From contig OX597827.1 of the NCBI GenBank assembly GCA_951406725.2, forward strand, positions 26,970,001 through 27,034,000: DNA of 64,000 bases, in the 5' to 3' direction. Source of the stretch: Octopus vulgaris. Lineage: Eukaryota. Both the position numbers and the translations under genes were made by a program. Numbering within the stretch: the stretch's first letter is position 1; each line of letters opens with the position of its first letter. This document shows, in pieces, positions 55,554-64,000 of this stretch. Below the pieces are notes generated by a model, which worked only from the letters and a program-made list of their open reading frames with translations, did no database searches and had not been told where the DNA came from.

Positions 55554-56404
55554 GCACATACACAGTTCTGTAATACGTTACACACATACACATTATACTT
55601 CTCTGGGAAATACGAATCTCTCTCGCTCTTCTCCCCCCCCCCACACACACACTCTCTCTAAGGTAAAGTGTAAAGCGAAGCGATTCATATTTTATAGATT
55701 TTATTGTTTTCAGCCACACATATATTTCGTATGCAGCTTCTTCATTCAATAAGAAGCTTCCAGTTCTGTTTCTTTTACATTGTAGCCCAGTTTATTTCTG
55801 CTTTTTTGCCAATGTGAGTTCCGTCTGAGAATTTGATCAAGCAATTCGTATTTAGAGAGTGAAATGGCTGCTTGATTGTTCGAATGCAATAAGCGTTATT
55901 CCGCAAGGCAAAAATGTTTGTCTTCTGTCTATGCTTCCATATTATCGATCCTCATTTATTTCGCCAAACATATATGTACACGCGAGTGTGTGTGCGTGCG
56001 CGTGTGTGTGTGAATGTCTGTATGCTTCTACATACATTGTGTATGTATATGTATAGATATATATATTTATGTATGTCTATACGTACGTGTGTGTATGTAC
56101 ATATTTATATATATATTATATGTGTATGTCTCTACATATGTATATAGGTGTTTGTGTGCGCGCGTTTGTGTATGTATATGTATACATGTATATATACATA
56201 TATGTGTGTATATATGTATGAATATTTGTGTACGCATATGTATATGTATATATATATATATACATATAGATATATGCGTGTATCTATGCGTGTCGATATA
56301 TATTATATTGTGTATGAGTGTATGTATACACACGCACACACACACACACATATATATACACACACATTATGTGCAATATATATGTATAAATATATAAAAA
56401 TATA

Positions 56405-56448
<44 letters not shown>

Positions 56449-56889
56449 CACACAAATATGTGTGTGAGCGCGCGCACTTGTATGTGTATATATATATACA
56501 CATATGTGTGTGTATGTGTGAGTGTGCGCGCGCTTGTATGTAAACATATATATATATATATATATACACAATAAACAATCTCATTGCTGCTCACAAGCAT
56601 ATGTATTTGGTTTGTTTCGAGGTTATGTTTCTTGTAATCTCTAAAACGAGAATAAATCTCCACATCTAAATATCTCTGCCATATTTTCCCATTATGATGG
56701 AGGCAGATATAAATAAATATCCGTAGCCATCCCGTTTTCTAGAACGTATCGGATTAATAAAACGTGCGTGTATACACGCTCCCGCACGTGTGTGTCTGCG
56801 CGCGTGTTTTGTGTGTGTGTGAGAGAGAGAGGGGGGCTAGAGAGATGATACTCCATTCGATTATAATTGATCATGTGTTCGCAAAACAT

Positions 56890-56938
<49 letters not shown>

Positions 56939-57204
56939 TGTGTCTGCGTGATGAAGACACAGTAACAATGCAATTTGCGCTATGTTTAATTAATGAAAAT
57001 TTATGTTTCGTGTTCAGTACAATAACGCTAATTCTGAGATGAGATTTTCATTAAGTGTCCTGCACGAAACTATTGGCTTTTGTGTCACTTTGTAACTTCT
57101 GCTGTTTGAAACAATTCTTCCTGCTATGGAAACAGGGCCTGAAATTTTGGGGGAGAGAGTAAGTCGATTACACCGATCCCAGTGCTCAACTGGTATTTAT
57201 CTTA

Positions 57205-57431
57205 GAAGGTGGCGAGCTAGCACGCCAGGCAAAATGCTTAGTGGTATTTCGTCTGCTGCTAGGTTTTGAGTTCAAATTCCACTGAGGTCGGATTTGCCTT
57301 TCATCGTTTCGGGGTTGATAAATTAAGTACCAGTTACGCACTGGGGTCGATATAATCGACTTAATCCGTTTGTCTGCCCTTGTTTGTCCTCTCTGTGTTT
57401 AGCCCCTTGTGGGTAGTGAAGAAATAGGTAT
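57205..57431 (+). mobile_element. SINE family B, nested in an opposite-strand family B remnant (57120-57200 plus 57440-57490)
   Basis: Head, Meta block and tail on +; the flanks read as the two halves of a minus-strand copy. Confidence 0.8.
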
Positions 57432-57523
57432 CTAACTTAGCGGCTCCGAAAGAATGAAAGCCATAGTCGAACTCGGAACATAAAACCGGAAGAGTCTTTT
57501 GATTGTAGCAAGAAAATCTATAT

Positions 57524-57915
57524 CAGTGGTTCTGAAACATTTTATTTTTCTCTTTGGACCCCTTTGATTACTATTTCCTTCTGGTGGATCCCCACCCCCA
57601 CCCAACAGCCATTCGATGTTTAAAGGGCCGGTTTCCCGGTTTGAGTGGCGTAGAAATTCTCCACCTGGTCGGGACACCGGTCCGTCGCATGATTACTCAT
57701 TTTTGCCAGCTGAGTGGACTGGAACAACGTGAAATGAAGTGCTTTGTTCAAGAACACAACGCATCGCCCGGTCCATGAATCGAAACCCCAACCTTACGAT
57801 CATGAGTTCAACATCCTAACCACTAAGCCACGCGTCTCCACATTTTGCCTGCATAGACACCCCAAAATTTTATATGGACACATAGGGTTCATATGAACCC
57901 ACGTTGGAACTACTG
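57524..57915. mobile_element. hAT MITE interrupted by a family C SINE
   Basis: TIRs cagtggttctgaaac / gttggaactactg; approximate 8-bp TSD atctatat/atctttac. Confidence 0.65.
57615..57841 (-). mobile_element. tRNA-derived CORE-type SINE (family C-related)
   Basis: Minus: ggagacgcgtggcttagtggttagg..gtttcgattc..ttcttgaacaaagcacttcatttcacgttgttccagtccactcagctgg. Confidence 0.82.
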
Positions 57916-57938
57916 ATCTTTACATTATGGATTTCCGC

Positions 57939-58280
57939 GGGGCTGTGTTCTGGATTCAGTCCCACCGTGTGGCACCTTGGGCAAGCGTCTTCTACTAGAG
58001 ACCTGGACCAACACAAGACTTATGAGTGGTTTTGGTGGAAGGAAACTAGAAGAAGCGTGTCTATGCATGTGTGTCTTTGTGTCCCAACCACCACCGCATG
58101 ATTACATGCATTGGTTTGTTTACTCATCGTAACTTGTTAGTTCTACAGTAATGACCTGTAGGGTAACTACTAGCCTTAAAAAAGGGATGTACCAGGGGCG
58201 ATTTATTCGACTGAAGACTTGATGGTGGTGCCCCAGCGAGGTCACAGTTCAATCACTGAAGAAGTAAAAGAAAAGAGAAA
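57939..58280 (+). mobile_element. SINE family A, old copy
   Basis: ggcaccttgggcaag block and a degenerate tail. Confidence 0.7.
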
Positions 58281-59404
58281 AGATCCTGTTTGTTCTACCA
58301 AACCTGTACTTTTGACATTAGTAACGTGCTGTAGTATTTTAATATCTTGATTAAGTAATATTTTGGTATTTTGCAAAATTATTTGTTTAATAAATTTGCA
58401 AATTTGATATTTTGAAAAACTTGCACTTTGCTATTTAGTTACTCTGATACTTTGTAAATTTGTAATTGAGGGAACTTGGCAGTTCAATAGCTTGGTTGTC
58501 CACTCATTTATATCCCAGCAGTGTTTTGATATTGACGCCACCAAAAGGAGAAATAGTATCGATAAGGCATCGTGCGTGTTTCTGTTCTTTCAGTGTCTCT
58601 TCATACTTTTGCTTGTTTTCCGCATGTTCCTTCCTCGTCTTTTCGTTCAACACTTTTCTATACTACTGTAGTAGTTTGAATATATTGAGAATTTCGTAGA
58701 AGTTAGTTTAGTGCATTTGGTGCTTCGGAAAATTTGTATCTTGCTATTTAATTATTCTGTTACTTTGTATATTTGCAATCTAGGTCACTTGGGAAATTGG
58801 TAAATTAGTAAATTTGATCATTTACAAGTTTGCTTTGTTGTGGATATTTAATTCAACTTCTGTATTCGTAACTAGCAACGGATGTAGCATCGGTACACAA
58901 TAGCGATATGTATATCTCACTTGACGTAGATATTCTATAGAAAGCCATAGTATTTGTCATCAGAAAGTTTCTAGAATAGATGCATAGTGAGAAAAAACAA
59001 GTATAGAAGTGTATCAGTCGCAGACTAAAAGCGTCCAGCAGCAGCGGTGGGATGGCGAGGTCTGGGATTTCCGCGTCTTTACACGTCATGAGCAGCAAGT
59101 ATTCACTATCATATGTATGTTTAGAGAAATATCGCTTTTCGCAATCTATTTCTTAATCACTGTTGGTTGGTGTCTTGGGAAGATGTCTGTCTTTATTCAA
59201 TTTATCAACTGTCTAATCGATCGTTTGATTAATCGTTCGGTCAACCAATGTTTCTACATTTTCATCAGAATATTTTCGTCATCTTTCCTGCCCTCCTTAA
59301 TGACATGCCAGGTCTGTGTCCTTGTCTCCAATTCTTGGACGTTGATAAACCAGCTGATTGTTTGATTGATCTAAAAATCAATCAACCAATCGATCAGTTA
59401 GATT

Positions 59405-59463
<59 letters not shown>

Positions 59464-59469
59464 TAATAA

Positions 59470-59868
59470 TAATCTTCTCTACTCAAGATACAAGGTGCGA
59501 AATTTGGGGGCGGAGGGACAGTCGATTGGATCGATCCCAGTAGGCAACTGGTACTTAATTTACCGACCCCGAAAGGATGAAAGGCAAAGTTGACCTCAGC
59601 GGAATTTGAACTCAAAACGTAGTGGCAGACGAAATACCTATTTCTTTATTACCCACAAGGGGCTAAACACAGAGAGGACAAACAAGGGCAGACAAACGGA
59701 TTAAGTCGATTATATCGACCCCAGTGCGTAACTGGTACTTAATTTATCGACTCCGAAACGATGAAAGGCAAAGTTGACCTCGGCGGAATTCGAACTCACA
59801 ACGTAACGGCAGACGAAATATCACTAAGCATTTCGCCTGGCGTGCTACCGTTTCTACCAGCTCGCCGC
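59470..59868 (-). mobile_element. SINE family B, dimeric form, between (TAA)n tracts
   Basis: Same architecture and junction as 47860-48257. Confidence 0.88.
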
Positions 59869-59943
59869 ATCAATACTAATAATAATAATGATAAGGATAA
59901 CGATGATATTAATAATAATAATAATAAAGATTATAATAATAAT

Positions 59944-60003
<60 letters not shown>

Positions 60004-60004
<1 letters not shown>

Positions 60005-60159
60005 TGGCTGTGTGGTAAGTAGCTTGTTTACCAACCACATGGTTCCAGGTTCAGTCCCACTGCGTGGCACCTTGGGCAAGTGTCTTCTACTATAGCCTCG
60101 GGCCGACCAAAGCCTTGTGAGTGGATTTGGTAGACGGAAACTGAAAGAAGCCCGTCGTA

Positions 60160-60207
<48 letters not shown>

Positions 60208-60436
60208 TGTGTGTGTGTTTGCGTGTCTGTGTTTGTCCCCCTAGCATTGCTTGACAACCAATGCTGGTGTGTTTATGTCCCCGTTACTTAGCGGTTCGGC
60301 AAAAGAGAACGATAGAATAAGTACTGGGCTTACAAAAGAATAAGTCCCGGGGTCGAGTTGCTCGATTAAAAAAACAAGGCGGTGCTCCAGCATGGCCACA
60401 GTCAAATAACTGAAACAAGTAAAAGAGTAAAAGAGT
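60004..60436 (+). mobile_element. SINE family A, consensus-like copy
   Basis: All blocks intact; tail gtaaaagagtaaaagag. Confidence 0.92.
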
Positions 60437-60465
60437 ATAATAATGATGATGATGATAATAATAAT

Positions 60466-60650
60466 CGACAAATGACTGAAGGAGATTGGAATAAAATGCC
60501 CGGCAGAGCTCCTACAGAAAGTTTGTCTCTTAGGGACAGCAAGGATTATCAGGAGAGTTCTAACCACTGCTGAAAACTTGTGGATACCCAAGGTTACAGG
60601 TAGCAACCAGCTACCCGCATAAATCCATCAGTAAGACTTGAGCCAAGCCA
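60466..60650 (+). mobile_element. Second R4/Dong-like LINE 3' end next to (TAA)/(TGA) triplets
   Basis: One frame reads LKEIGIKCPAELLQKVCLLGTARIIRRVL; tacccaagg is shared with the UTR of 18361-18530. Confidence 0.75.
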
Positions 60651-60757
60651 TAATTGCTGATGTTGATGCTGCTGCTGATTATGATGATGATAATAAGTGA
60701 AACGGAATCAGTGCATGTAGTAATTGCCAAAATGACCCTCCCAAGTTTCAACCTATA

Positions 60758-60834
<77 letters not shown>

Positions 60835-60853
60835 TAATAATAATAATAATAAC

Positions 60854-60885
<32 letters not shown>

Positions 60886-60929
60886 TAATAATAATAACAA
60901 TAATAATAATAATAATGATGATAATAAAA

Positions 60930-61132
60930 TAATCTTTTCTAATTTTGAAACAAGGCCAGCAATTTTAAGAGAAAGAGAAATTCGATCCCAGTGTTCAAAT
61001 AGTATTTATTTTTTCGACCCCAAAATGATGGAAAGTTGAGTCGATTTTAGCAGCATTTGAAATCAGAACGTACGGAGTCGAAGAAAAATGCCGCTGAATA
61101 TGTCGTCCGGCGCGGGTAACGATTCTGCAAGC
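60930..61132 (-). mobile_element. SINE family B, diverged
   Basis: gatccccagtgttcaa..tcgaccccaaaatgatg..aacgattctgc. Confidence 0.7.
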
Positions 61133-61266
61133 ATGTACTCTATTTTTTCAGAAATTTTATAATCATACACAACATACACTGTGTGTATGTGTGTGTGTGT
61201 GTGCGTGTGTGTGTGTGCGTGTGTGTGTGTGAGTTATTGCATTTGAGTGCGCGTCCATGTGTGTAT

Positions 61267-61337
<71 letters not shown>

Positions 61338-61339
61338 CC

Positions 61340-61502
61340 GTGGAGAATTTTTAGTCGAATTAATCGACCCCAGATACTTACTTGTTAAAGCCTGGTACTT
61401 ATTCCATCAATTTTTGGCCGAACCGCTAAGTTACGGTGACGTAAACACACCAACACCAGATGGGGGGACAAACACAGACACAAAAACATACATACAGACA
61501 CA

Positions 61503-61533
<31 letters not shown>

Positions 61534-62860
61534 CTTATTATAAAAGGCAGATTTTATCTGCCTCCCTTTGTAAGTTATAGAAATCTACAATATAGGATTT
61601 CTTCAATTACAATTTACCTAGCAATTTTAAGAGTAGAATGCATCGGGTCATGCCAGGTCCAGTTTTTAAAATTTAAACTCCAATTAAGCAAAATTTACAG
61701 AAAACTCACATTCTGGTGTGTATGTCAAATGCTTTTCTTAGTCTGGTTTACAGCACACACAAATGCACACACACAGTGTGCAACGAATAAAGTGAAACTA
61801 GATGTAATATTTGTTTCTGTCTATCACGCTGATAGATACATGAGTAAAATGTATGGGAAGCTAACAGATAAGAGTGAGTGAAAATGTTCTTGGAAGAGAG
61901 TAAATTAGTGATTTGAGGAAGACTAAACTGAAAGTATGAAACAGTGTTTATGTATAAACAGACGACACTTATATAAACCCTTTCGTTACCAAACCGCCCG
62001 AATTTACCTATTCATATTTAAATGAGAATATCAGAGTAAATCTCTTTAGTACATTCGTGAAAACACGTATTATACTTTGTAAACACTTCAAATACAGTTT
62101 TGTACAAAAATCGAAATGTAATTTTAATTCCGTGAATTATGGGAGATTTCTTTCCGAAATTTGTTCCTATTGTGTTTTCAAAATTTGTAATTCTGACAAA
62201 AAATGGATACGAATTCCATTATATCAAGCAGCGAGTCAGAATTCGAAGGATTTTCTACTGAAGACCTTCATAAATCTAACTCTATGACTGAAAAAAAAAA
62301 GCATCTTTATATAAGAGTGAAGTTGTGTGTCTGTCCCCTTCGATTTAGATTCGTAACTACTCCTACATTTTGCGGTGCAGTTTAACCAAAAGCGGGTATC
62401 TTATAGTCGTGATTCATATCGAGCCCTTCTGGGTATTAGCGCGCGTCTACGATGAGTCTACGATTTTTAAAAAATTTACCATCATATTTTTCCATTTTAA
62501 GGCATTTTTTTCGCTTTTATATAAGGGAAGTAACTCTCTAAAAATATCTACGATGTGTCAACGATTTTTAAAAAAATTTACCTTAATTTTTTTTCAATTT
62601 TTAATGCATTTTTTTGCTATTTTTTGGCTATAACTCTCTAAAAATGCTTATATAGTTATTTCCCTTACAACCCGAGCAACGCCGGGCGATACTGCTATAT
62701 ATATATATGATGGGCTTCTTTTAGTTTCCGTCTATCAAATCCACTCACAAGAATTTGGTCTGCTCGAGGCTACAGTAGAAGGTACTTGCTCAAGGTGCCA
62801 CGCAGTGTGACTGAAGCCGGTGCCATGTAGTTGGGAAGCAAACTTCTTACCACAAAGCCA

Positions 62861-62861
<1 letters not shown>
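61340..62861 (-). mobile_element. SINE family A split by a Helitron-like composite (halves at 61340-61530 and 62700-62861)
   Basis: The 3' half lies left and the 5' half right of the insertion, both on the minus strand, joined through the internal (TA)n. Confidence 0.85.
61533..62698 (+). mobile_element. Non-autonomous Helitron-like composite
   Basis: 5' a|tcttattataaaag; second 5'-like end a|tctttatataagagtgaagttgtgtgtctgtc at about 62304; 3' hairpin cccgagcaacgccggg (62671-62686) followed by ctgcta(t); internal direct repeats at 62455-62650. Confidence 0.75.
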
Positions 62862-62898
<37 letters not shown>

Positions 62899-62902
<4 letters not shown>

Positions 62903-63394
62903 ATAAAGGAAACGGAAGATGGATTTGGTACACGAATCTTTATTCAACAGGACGATCGTTTCGACCCATCTGCATTTGTTCAAAGGATATTATGCATCTG
63001 GTTGCGTTGCATCAATCAGTGCAGGCTGTATCACTTCAGGTACTTGCTGTAGGACAAGATATATCGCACTAGATGTACTGAGGTCGCCTTCGCATGTTGT
63101 TCTGGCTAGTTGTATCTTGGTACACTGACAAAACGTTACCGGCGAATGGGGCTGGCTGGTGACACCATTCAATGTACCAACGTGCAACTAGGCAGAACAA
63201 CAAGCCAAGGAGATCTCAGTATATCTAGTGGGATATTTTTCTACACCAAGCACCTGAAGTGACACAGCCTGCATTGATTAATCTAACGCAGCAAGACGCA
63301 CAATATCGTTTAGGACAGATGTAAGATAGGTCGGAACGATCGTTGTGCAAGATAAAGATTCGGACTAAATCCATTTTCTGTTTCGTTTATCAAC
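62899..63394. mobile_element. ~495-bp fold-back of two outward-facing Penelope-like pseudo-LTR copies
   Basis: Arms of about 225 bp, imperfectly complementary; each reads g(a/g)aacgatcgt followed by (a/g)ataaagattc towards its outer end. Confidence 0.65.
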
Positions 63395-63807
63395 TATAAG
63401 CTCAACAAACACTGCAGATTTCCTGGCGTATATCTAGTGAAAATTATAGCGTTACTGTGGATGACATCAGGTAGCCCAAACGGCGAATGAGCTTTGATCA
63501 ACAAACTAATAGACGAAGTTTTGGTGCTATGCAGTCAGTGAGGACTGAACACAGGAACATGTAATTGGGAAGCAAGCTTCTTACCATGCAGTACACACCT
63601 ACGCTTAGAGATAGATAGAGAGAGAGAGAAGGAAAGAGATTTATATATATATATAATATATTGTATATTATATATATATATTATAGACAGAGACAGACAC
63701 ACACACACTCGCCTACATATATGGATTACACACGAGCATACGTACATACAGGGAGACAAATATAAGTGTATACGAGTATATGTATATTCATATATAAATA
63801 TATTTAA

Positions 63808-63853
<46 letters not shown>

Positions 63854-64000
63854 TCATATATATATATATAAGGCATTACAATTTCACATATACGGATCTA
63901 TGTGCATGCATGTGCGTAGGAATACAAATACATATTAAAATCATTAATTCAAAAATGCCAACATATTCCTTCAATAAAGGAATCGTCAATAAGTTTGGTT

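Noticed and set aside
56948-57037. C/D-box snoRNA (GTGATGA..CTGA)
   Set aside because: Weak terminal stem and no recognisable guide.
61183-61881. 232-aa ORF
   Set aside because: It runs through microsatellite, antisense SINE and the Helitron 5' end; chimeric by chance.

Overview
AT-rich, gene-poor eukaryotic DNA (intergenic or deep intron). The repeat content (tRNA-derived SINEs with a CORE-like ccttgggcaag block, Meta-domain SINEs, extreme (TA)n/(CA)n/(TAA)n/(TATG)n density) is most consistent with an octopod cephalopod; this is an inference, not a database result. I cannot support any host protein-coding exon, and nearly all ORFs in the track are microsatellite read-throughs. The recognisable protein-coding remnants are all mobile: an internally deleted mariner transposon (12961-13807), a 5'-truncated RTE-clade LINE with an open RT frame (36487-37539) and two R4/Dong-like LINE 3' ends in (TAA)n tracts. 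There are also about 40 SINE copies or fragments of three to four families, hAT- and pogo-type MITEs, and Helitron-like elements. The most unusual signal is a set of short ORF-less islands embedded in (TA)n tracts. They carry minimal hammerhead-ribozyme-like cores and/or outward-facing inverted ends, as in Penelope-like pseudo-LTRs or retrozymes. Other notable features are a near-perfect 93-bp-arm fold-back, a locally templated insertion inside a SINE, and a Helitron/piggyBac-like composite sitting in a SINE's internal microsatellite. Coordinates of degenerate repeats were read by eye and are approximate.
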